DNA of 64,000 nt from Schmidtea nova (lineage: Eukaryota). The notes under the pieces are model-generated. The model was not told the origin of the DNA and searched no databases. It worked only from the letters and a program-made list of their open reading frames with translations. This document shows positions 25,440 to 37,925 of this stretch, in pieces. The stretch spans positions 444,540,001 to 444,604,000 of the forward strand of contig CM097883.1 in NCBI GenBank assembly GCA_044892505.1, in the 5' to 3' direction. The stretch's first letter is position 1. Each line of letters starts with the position of its first letter. Position numbers and translations under genes: made by a program.

Positions 25440-26010
25440 AAACAAGGGTATCATTCGAAAGGTCTTTGAGAGGTGCACACAATGGTCATACCCTCGATGG
25501 TCTATGGTGTGTCATTAACCTTCAAAGGGTCAAAAACCTTCAGATTTTTCAAACCTTGTGTGTAATACATCATTCGAAAGGTAATACCGATGTGCACACA
25601 ATGGTCATACCTTCGAAGGTGTATGGTGTGTGCTCAACCTTCAAGGGGTCAAAATCCTTCAAATATTTTTAAACATTACAAGTTATATATCAAACAAAAG
25701 GTAATTGAGATTTGAGTATGATGGTCAACCCTCGAAGGTGGGTGGTCGACCCTTGAAGGGTCCAAGACTCAAAATTTTAAAAACTATATAATATATGTAT
25801 CAAACAAAAGGTAATTGAAGGGTGCACACAATGGTCATACCCTTAAAGGGTCCAAGGTTCAAATTTTTAAAACTATATAATATGTATATCAAACAAAAGG
25901 TAATTGTGAGATGAGTGTGTGTGTTACAATTTGCCAGACGAGTGTGTGTTACAAATCCTTATTCAAACCTTATAATATACATATCATTCGAAAGGTAATT
26001 ATGGTGTGTG
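25440..26010. repeat. Subterminal degenerate ~90-120-bp repeats (about 6 units, core TCA(TTCG/AACA)AAAGGTAATT...ATGGTCATACCCT); mirror at ~39715-40285
   Basis: Seen directly. Confidence 0.8.
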
Positions 26011-26140
26011 TGTGTTATAATTTTTTCTATTTCCTACCTGAATTACAACAAAGACATTGCAATCCATGTGCAACGAAACAAAGACTAATAAAACTTGTAA
26101 TAATAATTTTTGCACACGTATCTTAGTGTTTAATAAGGAT

Positions 26141-26246
26141 CACAGTACGCATTGAACGCGCGTGGAACGCGCGTTCTTCTCCTCTTGTTGTTTAAGACAA
26201 ATAACAGTACGCATTGAACGCGCGTGGAACGCGCGTTCTTCTTCTC
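26141..26246. repeat. ~60-bp CG-rich tandem repeat (CAGTACGCATTGAACGCGCGTGGAACGCGCGTTCTTCT...) running into an N run; mirror at 39478-39585
   Basis: Two units visible in each arm before the Ns. Confidence 0.8.
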
Positions 26247-27223
26247 NNNNNNNNNNNNNNNNNNNNNNNNNNNNNNNNNNNNNNNNNNNNNNNNNNNNNN
26301 NNNNNNNNNNNNNNNNNNNNNNNNNNNNNNNNNNNNNNNNNNNNNNNNNNNNNNNNNNNNNNNNNNNNNNNNNNNNNNNNNNNNNNNNNNNNNNNNNNNN
26401 NNNNNNNNNNNNNNNNNNNNNNNNNNNNNNNNNNNNNNNNNNNNNNNNNNNNNNNNNNNNNNNNNNNNNNNNNNNNNNNNNNNNNNNNNNNNNNNNNNNN
26501 NNNNNNNNNNNNNNNNNNNNNNNNNNNNNNNNNNNNNNNNNNNNNNNNNNNNNNNNNNNNNNNNNNNNNNNNNNNNNNNNNNNNNNNNNNNNNNNNNNNN
26601 NNNNNNNNNNNNNNNNNNNNNNNNNNNNNNNNNNNNNNNNNNNNNNNNNNNNNNNNNNNNNNNNNNNNNNNNNNNNNNNNNNNNNNNNNNNNNNNNNNNN
26701 NNNNNNNNNNNNNNNNNNNNNNNNNNNNNNNNNNNNNNNNNNNNNNNNNNNNNNNNNNNNNNNNNNNNNNNNNNNNNNNNNNNNNNNNNNNNNNNNNNNN
26801 NNNNNNNNNNNNNNNNNNNNNNNNNNNNNNNNNNNNNNNNNNNNNNNNNNNNNNNNNNNNNNNNNNNNNNNNNNNNNNNNNNNNNNNNNNNNNNNNNNNN
26901 NNNNNNNNNNNNNNNNNNNNNNNNNNNNNNNNNNNNNNNNNNNNNNNNNNNNNNNNNNNNNNNNNNAGATAATTATGATAATAATAATAATANNNNNNNN
27001 NNNNNNNNNNNNNNNNNNNNNNNNNNNNNNNNNNNNNNNNNNNNNNNNNNNNNNNNNNNNNNNNNNNNNNNNNNNNNNNNNNNNNNNNNNNNNNNNNNNN
27101 NNNNNNNNNNNNNNNNNNNNNNNNNNNNNNNNNNNNNNNNNNNNNNNTATAAAAATTCAAACAATCAAAAACTAAAATTGAAATTACTAAATTTTATTGA
27201 ATATAACATTTATAAAATAACAG

Positions 27224-27640
27224 TTATGCATATCGTGCACTGTCAATTCTCCAAATTGGAGTTATAACATCTTTTGTATCGATTTTATATCCCTGAATGA
27301 TTATGGTAATAAACCAATTTTCTTGATCCTTGTATTCGATAGATTGGAAAGCATCATGGAAACGTGTTTTTCGGTTGTTGATCCATATAGTTTCCTTGCA
27401 ACTTAAATTGTTATTGATTTTAAATAAAATTTTATTTAGTGCAACAACATCTTCTTTACATAGATTTGCAGCTAAATTGTCATACAATGACTTTGTTAAT
27501 TTCACTGGATACGACAAACGAAACGGTATTTCTTGTACCAAGAAATAAATTTTGTAATCGTAATACATTTGCACTGGTTTCAATTCATTATTGATTTTTC
27601 TTTCTTCACTGATATCATAAGTTGATTTACGTGCTGGCAT
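27224..27640 (-). CDS. Palindrome ORF-B, left-arm copy (138 aa, unknown; possibly OB-fold-like)
   Basis: Intact ORF in both arms; TATAAATA ~40 nt upstream; diverged paralogue at 17386-17565 with many third-position changes. Confidence 0.75.
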   Translation of the reverse strand: MPARKSTYDISEERKINNELKPVQMYYDYKIYFLVQEIPFRLSYPVKLTKSLYDNLAANLCKEDVVALNKILFKINNNLSCKETIWINNRKTRFHDAFQSIEYKDQENWFITIIIQGYKIDTKDVITPIWRIDSARYA

Positions 27641-28226
27641 TTTTGAAATTGTGACAATCTCTACTAAATGTCTTTGTATTTATAATGATGAGTAATACCT
27701 TTGCCCAATCAAAATGATGCATTCTAACTGCACATGTTATGCATGTCTTCATACATGTCTTTGTTGCAAGCATGTCGTTGTTGCAGGTATGTCTTTGTTG
27801 CATGTCTTTGTCGTGTGTTAATTATACATGTATGTTTATTTTGTTGAAACTGGTTATATAATACATGACTTTGTTGTAATTAATTGATGCATATGCATTT
27901 ATTATTGAAATTGTCTTTATTTATAAAAATTACTATTAAACATAATTCATTTAAATAAAACTTATTTAAAACTTAATAAAAATTACTAGTAAACCTATTT
28001 CATTTCAAAAAAAAAAACTAATTAAAAATTATTTTAAAATTATTTAAAAAATTTATTTAAAAACCGAATAAATAACTCATTAACAAAATAAAAAAAAAAC
28101 TGAAACAGAAAAAACTAAAATAACAATAATAAAAGATTTATTAAATAATAAAATGTGAATACATAAAATGTGTCTACATAAAAAGAAAATACACAAATAA
28201 ATAAAAACATATAACATTTATAATGT

Positions 28227-28919
28227 TTATTCTGCAATCTCTATATTTGAAAGCTTGCGATGGCATTGATCGCAATCAGGCAATTGAGGCGATTCAATAC
28301 ATTTGTTTTCGTCGGATTGATCCATAGCAGTCCAACAACCAAAAGATAATTGTAATTCTGGCAATTCATCTAAATGATCAGGTGAATTATCGCAATCATG
28401 CGATTTATCGCAATCATGCGATTTATCGCAATCATGCGATTTATCGCAATCATGCGATTTATCGCAATCTGGCGATTTTTCATCATCCGACGCTTCGGGT
28501 GTTGAATTTGGCCATTGCTTTGGAATCTCGTCCTCCTCGTCAATTTTTTCCAATTTCTTGGAATTCATTTCAAATTGATGGAGGGCGTTTCGTAACATCC
28601 AGACCCGATACTTCTGTATACGGTCCATACAATGGCCGCATTGGTATGCGCACAAGATGTGCTCCGCCATATATGGCATTTCACTGTCCCGATTAGCCAG
28701 ATGATCCAGTAAGACCTGATGAATATCGATCCCAGTCAGGCATTGAATTTTGTAGGGAAAGAGCTCCGGTGCTGCATAGGTCAGCTTCGGCATCAGCATC
28801 GGATAGATTTCCTCAAGTTTACCGTAAAGTACGGAAATTAATTTCTCTAAAATGAAAAAATTATAAAAATGAAAAAATAGTAAACTTTAAAATTTACCAT
28901 ATTTCATTATCTCGGGCAT
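28227..28919 (-). CDS. Palindrome ORF-A, left-arm copy (exons 28919-28898 and 28846-28227; 213 aa; Cys/His clusters, acidic region, CDKSHD x4)
   Basis: 51-nt GT-AG intron joins MPEIMKY in frame to EKLISVLYGKLEEIYPMLMPK...; upstream TATA and two CCAAT boxes; GC-rich relative to flanks. Confidence 0.78.
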
Positions 28920-29299
28920 TTTGTGATTGTGAATATAAATGATAGCAAAATGTTAATTGTATATATACGATAGAAACACAAGACATGTACAAAATATTAC
29001 ACACTGAACCAATCAGATTCGAGTATGCATAACATGTATTTATTATCGAAATATACATTGGACCAATCAGAATAGTGCATTAATATTGCAGATTTATTGC
29101 AATCATGAGTCACATGTTATTATAAAATCAACAAAGGCTTTATCTTCGATAATTTATTTTATATCGATAATAATATTATCAACTATATTTAAATAATCCC
29201 TAGTTTTTAAACCTAATACAACTACTTTACCACTTGCAAATATACTAACTCACATGTGGTTATATTTTATATATCTCAAAGCTGGAAATATTTTCAGGT

Positions 29300-31970
29300 T
29301 CGTAAACACACTATTAATTTAGACTAATAATGTGAATATCATCACACTGAGCAGGTAAATACATGACAAATTATCATACTATACAGATCCTTACACAAAT
29401 TATTTTTATACTAGAGTACAAATATATCAAAAATATATGAAATATATATATACATGAAATATCAGAACAAAGTATCTTTAAATACATCAAATATTATTAT
29501 ACTATTATGCAAACTACATACAAAATGTCATACTATAGTTTAATAACATAGAAAATCATTAAAAATACACACAAAATATCAAAAATACATATAAATTCAT
29601 CACATACACATATAAAATAACATTACATATATGAAATATTATTACACAAAAGGTTATCACATGAAAGAAATATCTACGTACTATTGAGAATCATACACAC
29701 AAAATATATAGAAATTCATCATACACACACATGAAATATTACTACACAAAAGATTATCACATGCACAAAATATTATCATACTATAATGCAAAATACACAC
29801 AAAATATCATTACATGAAATATTATCACAAAGTAACGTTATATACATGAAATATCATCCGATACATGAAATTTCATCACAAAAAATCATCATACACACAA
29901 ATTATATACAAAGTTTATCATAAATACTAGAAATACAGACAATAATAATCATAAAAAGAAATATTATCACACTAGTGGAAATATATACACAAAAGCTTAT
30001 CAGATGTACGAAATATTATTATTGTACCATAATGCAAAATACAAATAAAATGTCAAAATTAAAAGCATATACACAAAGTATTATCACATTATAGTGTAAA
30101 AACATTAGAAATACATACAAAATATATGAAGTGTCATCACAAAATATCCAAGATTCACAAAGAAAATATTAAAAATACAAACAAAAGATTATCATATTAT
30201 TGTTTGATAACATAAAAATACATAGAAAATCATCAAAATACGTACAAGTATCATTACATAGATAAACTATAATTATCACATACATGAAATATCTTCATAG
30301 AAAATATCAAAAGTACATAGAAATAAATCCTATACACAAAGGATATCATTACACATGTGAAATATCTTTACATACATAAAATGTCATCATGCTTTAATGC
30401 AAATACGGACAAGAAATATCTTCATGTTATAATGCAAATACACATAATATTAAAAGTTATATCATATACACACACAAAGGGTATCATACACATGAAAAGT
30501 TGTCATGTTATAGTCAGTCAAATGAATGAAATATTATCATACTAGTGTAAAATACATACATAATTTCAAAGAATGCATCATACAAAGGATATCATCACAA
30601 TATATCATCATACTATAGTGCAATTACATAGATAATCATCAAAAAGATACAAAAATTAATCAAATTCACAACAATAATCATTAAAGAAATATCTACATAC
30701 ACAAAGAAAATCATATACACATACTTAGAAAATCATCATGTACAAAATATCAAAAGTTCATTACACATACAAAATATAATCACATATATCATAAATCTAT
30801 AATGTAACAGTAATAAATGTTCAAGTAATGAGCTTTTGCACATGAAAACCATCACAAAAGATGTTATGCTTCTAGGGTTCTGATAGCAATGTTCTGTTCG
30901 CAATGTTCTGCTACTGTATAAAATTAATGAAAATTATATGAATGAAAATAAATCTTTCAAACATTACAGTAAATTCTACTTTAAAATGAGATCGAATGCA
31001 TGAAATGTCATCATACTATAGCGAAAATACATGAAAATATTCACAAAGTGACATTAGATACATCAAATATTATCTTACTAGTTTGATAACATTGAGAAAG
31101 AAAATATATAGAAATCATCAAAAATATACACACAAAATATTAAAAATAAGTCATATGAAATGTCATCACAAAATACATAGATATTCATGACACACGTACA
31201 AAATATCAAAAATACAAACATACACAAAATATTATCACATTATAGTGCAAAAATATTAGAAATACATACAAAATATGAAATATATATGAAATGTCATCAC
31301 AAAGTATCATTAAATACATAATATATCATCATGAAATATCATTACATACATGAAATATCATCCTTCTATAGTGCAATTACAAGAATATACCCACACAATA
31401 TCAAACATATATTGAAATTCATCAAAATACATAGAAATTCATCAAACAAGAAATATTCACATAATAATTGTCATTAAAAGTGTATCAGTAAATGTAATAT
31501 GCTTTCACAATTTGTCTGTTACATTGATCGAAGCTCATATGATTAAGCTAATGATTGTTATTTTAGTATATGTGTGAATAATAAACTTTTGCACATAAAA
31601 ACCATCACAAAAGATGTTCTGTTACTAAAGGTTCTGCTAGCAATGGTCTGTTAGCAATGTTCTGCTACTGAATAAAATTGATGAAAATATAACAATAATG
31701 AATTATGAGTGAAAATAAATCTTTCAAACATTACAGTAGGTTCTACTTTAAAGTGAGAAAAACCAATAGATATTTTAAAAGCAATGTAGAAAATATTAAT
31801 GGGTGAGAATATTAGAACAATTAATGTTGAATGAAGTTGAATTGTAACAGTAATAATTAAATAAATGTTCGAGTAATAAGCTTTTGCAGATAAAAACCAT
31901 CACAAAAGATGTTCTGCTACTAGTGTTCTGTTAGCAAGGTTCTGCTACTAGGGTTCTGATAGAAACGTTC
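29300..31970. repeat. ~2.6-kb A/C-rich degenerate low-complexity tract with three copies of a longer subrepeat (~30830, ~31585, ~31875); mirror at ~34220-36890
   Basis: Recurrent AAATATCATCA/CATGAAAT/ATACACA(C)AAAA words; TTTTGCA.AT.AAAACCATCACAAAAGATGTT occurs three times. Confidence 0.75.
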
Positions 31971-32068
31971 GACTACTTATCATATTTCAAGTCTGAATTG
32001 TTGATATAAATCACTGTGACGCATGTTTGAAACACTTGTACTGTCATGTTATGCATGTGTCATGCACT

Positions 32069-32190
32069 TGTATTGCAACTTGATTGCATTTGTATTGCAA
32101 CTTGATTGCATTTGTATTGCAACTTGATTGCATTTGTATTGCAACTTGATTGCATTTGTATTGCAACTTGATTGCATTTGTATTGCAACT
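32069..32190. repeat. 22-bp tandem repeat TGTATTGCAACTTGATTGCATT x5.5; mirror at 33998-34119
   Basis: Seen directly; lies ~500 bp upstream of the inner core promoter. Confidence 0.9.
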
Positions 32191-33135
32191 TAATTACACT
32201 TGTATTTCTTGTGTCATTCACTTGTGATATTCAAGAACATGTATATTTTCTTTCATTTTCCTTAAATATTAATCATTTTTACATAATTTAATTATTTTCA
32301 GAGTAAATTTAATACAAAATAGTAAAGATATTGACAATTCCTGTATTTATTAAGCAATGATTTTGGATACTTTGTGATGATACAAAATGGTTGTAAAATG
32401 ATAAAACATTATTTCCTCCGTAGAAGTGTATAAAACTATAAATTGATTCAAGGAAATATTCAATGGATTTGTCTAATAAGTTAAAAAAGTTGTATTTTAA
32501 TCAAACTGTACATATTGAATCATAGTTTTAAGAGTCAATTTCTTGCAAAAACAAAGCGGATTTTCAAAATTCATGTTATAGTTCTAAATCAAACTTTAAA
32601 ATTTAAAATACCACAACGTAAAATATTTTTAAAGTACCACAACGTAATAAAAGTTGGTATATATCTATTAGAATTTTATAAGTAATTCATTTGAGATAAT
32701 AAATATATTACGTTAGTGGATAATGCCAGATGTTTAAAAAACTCCAACATTAGAAAAAGTATCAAGCAAGTTAACCTTATTCCAAAAAAAAAAAAAAAAA
32801 AAAAAAATATTTATATACATGATAAGGTTTTTCTCTTCAAACTTTTGAATATTTTATAATTTCTTGGAAGATCAAAAAAAAAAAAAAAAATAAAATAAAA
32901 TAAAATATGGTCTGAAATAATATATGAATTAACTCTATTATTTCGTCTCTTCATATTTTTAAATAGCCACAATATTATATATTCTCAATAGCTTTACTAT
33001 AAATAATTTATTTATAAATATTCAAAACGTTTTCCCGTTATTTACTTAATTTTTATTATTCAATAATTACTACAATAATAATAAAAAATTAAATCGGATG
33101 ATAAAAGTCAAAAACTCTTAAAATAATTTATTTCA

Positions 33136-33489
33136 TTAAAATTCTTTAGCTTCTCGCATTTGATTCATCAATTGTTCATTTTCAATTTTCAATTTTAGTA
33201 TTTCTAAATTCTTTCTGCGAAGCTTCAGTATCATTCTTTCCTTTGATTCCCGGTAGAGATTGATCATTTTCTCTAGTTCCTCCATTCGACTCTTAATGTG
33301 AACCTTTGAACCATTGACCTTTGGAATTTCATGACTTTTTCCTAATAAATGTAATAATAATAATAATAAATTTAGAAAAATAAGTATAATTTTACTTGAA
33401 CTTTTAGAACTTTCAGGTAGCGAACTTCCATGTACCGAGATTGATTCATTCTCTGCGTTATTATTATTGCTAGTTTGTTGAGTGTTCAT
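33136..33489 (-). CDS. Palindrome ORF-C (central, single copy); probable 54-nt intron 33395-33342 gives a 99-aa protein with a basic coiled-coil C-terminus
   Basis: ATG 6 nt from the inner end of the right arm; the apparent hydrophobic stretch is an AT-rich GT...TTAG segment; heptad-like RMEELEKMINLYRESKERMILKLRRKNLEILKLKIENEQLMNQM. Confidence 0.7.
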   Translation of the reverse strand: MNTQQTSNNNNAENESISVHGSSLPESSKSSSKIILIFLNLLLLLLHLLGKSHEIPKVNGSKVHIKSRMEELEKMINLYRESKERMILKLRRKNLEILKLKIENEQLMNQMREAKEF

Positions 33490-36400
33490 TGTTTAAAATG
33501 AATTTCTTATAAAATTCTAATAGATATATACCAACTTTTATTACGTTGTGGTACTTTAAAAATATTTTACGTTGTGGTATTTTAAATTTTAAAGTTTGAT
33601 TTAGAACTATAACATGAATTTTGAAAATCCGCTTTGTTTTTGCAAGAAATTGACTCTAAAAACTATGATTCAATATGTACAGTTTGATTAAAATACAACT
33701 TTTTTAACTTATTAGACAAATCCATTGAATATTTCCTTGAATCAATTTATAGTTTTATACACTTCTACGGAGGAAATAATGTTTTATCATTTTACAACCA
33801 TTTTGTATCATCACAAAGTATCCAAAATCATTGCTTAATAAATACAGGAATTGTCAATATCTTTACTATTTTGTATTAAATTTACTCTGAAAATAATTAA
33901 ATTATGTAAAAATGATTAATATTTAAGGAAAATGAAAGAAAATATACATGTTCTTGAATATCACAAGTGAATGACACAAGAAATACAAGTGTAATTAAGT
34001 TGCAATACAAATGCAATCAAGTTGCAATACAAATGCAATCAAGTTGCAATACAAATGCAATCAAGTTGCAATACAAATGCAATCAAGTTGCAATACAAAT
34101 GCAATCAAGTTGCAATACAAGTGCATGACACATGCATAACATGACAGTACAAGTGTTTCAAACATGCGTCACAGTGATTTATATCAACAATTCAGACTTG
34201 AAATATGATAAGTAGTCGAACGTTTCTATCAGAACCCTAGTAGCAGAACCTTGCTAACAGAACACTAGTAGCAGAACATCTTTTGTGATGGTTTTTATCT
34301 GCAAAAGCTTATTACTCGAACATTTATTTAATTATTACTGTTACAATTCAACTTCATTCAACATTAATTGTTCTAATATTCTCACCCATTAATATTTTCT
34401 ACATTGCTTTTAAAATATCTATTGGTTTTTCTCACTTTAAAGTAGAACCTACTGTAATGTTTGAAAGATTTATTTTCACTCATAATTCATTATTGTTATA
34501 TTTTCATCAATTTTATTCAGTAGCAGAACATTGCTAACAGACCATTGCTAGCAGAACCTTTAGTAACAGAACATCTTTTGTGATGGTTTTTATGTGCAAA
34601 AGTTTATTATTCACACATATACTAAAATAACAATCATTAGCTTAATCATATGAGCTTCGATCAATGTAACAGACAAATTGTGAAAGCATATTACATTTAC
34701 TGATACACTTTTAATGACAATTATTATGTGAATATTTCTTGTTTGATGAATTTCTATGTATTTTGATGAATTTCAATATATGTTTGATATTGTGTGGGTA
34801 TATTCTTGTAATTGCACTATAGAAGGATGATATTTCATGTATGTAATGATATTTCATGATGATATATTATGTATTTAATGATACTTTGTGATGACATTTC
34901 ATATATATTTCATATTTTGTATGTATTTCTAATATTTTTGCACTATAATGTGATAATATTTTGTGTATGTTTGTATTTTTGATATTTTGTACGTGTGTCA
35001 TGAATATCTATGTATTTTGTGATGACATTTCATATGACTTATTTTTAATATTTTGTGTGTATATTTTTGATGATTTCTATATATTTTCTTTCTCAATGTT
35101 ATAAAACTAGTAAGATAATATTTGATGTATCTAATGTCACTTTGTGAATATTTTCATGTATTTTCGCTATAGTATGATGACATTTCATGCATTCGATCTC
35201 ATTTTAAAGTAGAATTTACTGTAATGTTTGAAAGATTTATTTTCATTCATATAATTTTCATTAATTTTATACAGTAGCAGAACATTGCGAACAGAACATT
35301 GCTATCAGAACCCTAGAAGCATAACATCTTTTGTGATGGTTTTCATGTGCAAAAGCTCATTACTTGAACATTTATTACTGTTACATTATAGATTTATGAT
35401 ATATGTGATTATATTTTGTATGTGTAATGAACTTTTGATATTTTGTACATGATGATTTTCTAAGTATGTGTATATGATTTTCTTTGTGTATGTAGATATT
35501 TCTTTAATGATTATTGTTGTGAATTTGATTAATTTTTGTATCTTTTTGATGATTATCTATGTAATTGCACTATAGTATGATGATATATTGTGATGATATC
35601 CTTTGTATGATGCATTCTTTGAAATTATGTATGTATTTTACACTAGTATGATAATATTTCATTCATTTGACTGACTATAACATGACAACTTTTCATGTGT
35701 ATGATACCCTTTGTGTGTGTATATGATATAACTTTTAATATTATGTGTATTTGCATTATAACATGAAGATATTTCTTGTCCGTATTTGCATTAAAGCATG
35801 ATGACATTTTATGTATGTAAAGATATTTCACATGTGTAATGATATCCTTTGTGTATAGGATTTATTTCTATGTACTTTTGATATTTTCTATGAAGATATT
35901 TCATGTATGTGATAATTATAGTTTATCTATGTAATGATACTTGTACGTATTTTGATGATTTTCTATGTATTTTTATGTTATCAAACAATAATATGATAAT
36001 CTTTTGTTTGTATTTTTAATATTTTCTTTGTGAATCTTGGATATTTTGTGATGACACTTCATATATTTTGTATGTATTTCTAATGTTTTTACACTATAAT
36101 GTGATAATACTTTATGTATATGCTTTTAATTTTGACATTTTATTTGTATTTTGCATTATGGTACAATAATAATATTTCGTACATCTGATAAGCTTTTGTG
36201 TATATATTTCCACTAGTGTGATAATATTTCTTTTTATGATTATTATTGTCTGTATTTCTAGTATTTATGATAAACTTTGTATATAATTTGTGTGTATGAT
36301 GATTTTTTGTGATGAAATTTCATGTATCGGATGATATTTCATGTATATAACGTTACTTTGTGATAATATTTCATGTAATGATATTTTGTGTGTATTTTGC

Positions 36401-37268
36401 ATTATAGTATGATAATATTTTGTGCATGTGATAATCTTTTGTGTAGTAATATTTCATGTGTGTGTATGATGAATTTCTATATATTTTGTGTGTATGATTC
36501 TCAATAGTACGTAGATATTTCTTTCATGTGATAACCTTTTGTGTAATAATATTTCATATATGTAATGTTATTTTATATGTGTATGTGATGAATTTATATG
36601 TATTTTTGATATTTTGTGTGTATTTTTAATGATTTTCTATGTTATTAAACTATAGTATGACATTTTGTATGTAGTTTGCATAATAGTATAATAATATTTG
36701 ATGTATTTAAAGATACTTTGTTCTGATATTTCATGTATATATATATTTCATATATTTTTGATATATTTGTACTCTAGTATAAAAATAATTTGTGTAAGGA
36801 TCTGTATAGTATGATAATTTGTCATGTGTTTACCTGCTCAGTGTGATGATATTCACATTATTAGTCTAAATTAATAGTGTGTTTACGAACCTGAAAATAT
36901 TTCCAGCTTTGAGATATATAAAATATAACCACATGTGAGTTAGTATATTTGCAAGTGGTAAAGTAGTTGTATTAGGTTTAAAAACTAGGGATTATTTAAA
37001 TATAGTTGATAATATTATTATCGATATAAAATAAATTATCGAAGATAAAGCCTTTGTTGATTTTATAATAACATGTGACTCATGATTGCAATAAATCTGC
37101 AATATTAATGCACTATTCTGATTGGTCCAATGTATATTTCGATAATAAATACATGTTATGCATACTCGAATCTGATTGGTTCAGTGTGTAATATTTTGTA
37201 CATGCCTTGTGTTTCTATCGTATATATACAATTAACATTTTGCTATCATTTATATTCACAATCACAAA

Positions 37269-37925
37269 ATGCCCGAGATAATGAAATATGGTAAATTTTA
37301 AAGTTTACTATTTTTTCATTTTTATAATTTTTTCATTTTAGAGAAATTAATTTCCGTACTTTACGGTAAACTTGAGGAAATCTATCCGATGCTGATGCCG
37401 AAGCTGACCTATGCAGCACCGGAGCTCTTTCCCTACAAAATTCAATGCCTGACTGGGATCGATATTCATCAGGTCTTACTGGATCATCTGGCTAATCGGG
37501 ACAGTGAAATGCCATATATGGCGGAGCACATCTTGTGCGCATACCAATGCGGCCATTGTATGGACCGTATACAGAAGTATCGGGTCTGGATGTTACGAAA
37601 CGCCCTCCATCAATTTGAAATGAATTCCAAGAAATTGGAAAAAATTGACGAGGAGGACGAGATTCCAAAGCAATGGCCAAATTCAACACCCGAAGCGTCG
37701 GATGATGAAAAATCGCCAGATTGCGATAAATCGCATGATTGCGATAAATCGCATGATTGCGATAATTCACCTGATCATTTAGATGAATTGCCAGAATTAC
37801 AATTATCTTTTGGTTGTTGGACTGCTATGGATCAATCCGACGAAAACAAATGTATTGAATCGCCTCAATTGCCTGATTGCGATCAATGCCATCGCAAGCT
37901 TTCAAATATAGAGATTGCAGAATAA
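37269..37925 (+). CDS. Palindrome ORF-A, right-arm copy (exons 37269-37290 and 37342-37925; 201 aa; CDKSHD x2)
   Basis: Mirror of 28227-28919; the unspliced frame hits TAA inside the intron; differs by an in-frame 36-nt repeat indel. Confidence 0.78.

Noticed and set aside
25303-26126. Small mirrored ORFs 25303-25518, 25466-25672, 25911-26126 and 30357-30545 and their right-arm copies
   Set aside because: They are translations of tandem-repeat or low-complexity DNA; being mirrored reflects the inverted repeat, not coding constraint
37410-37430. YAAPELF in ORF-A as kinase subdomain VIII
   Set aside because: No other kinase motifs (GxGxxG, HRD, DFG) in the protein
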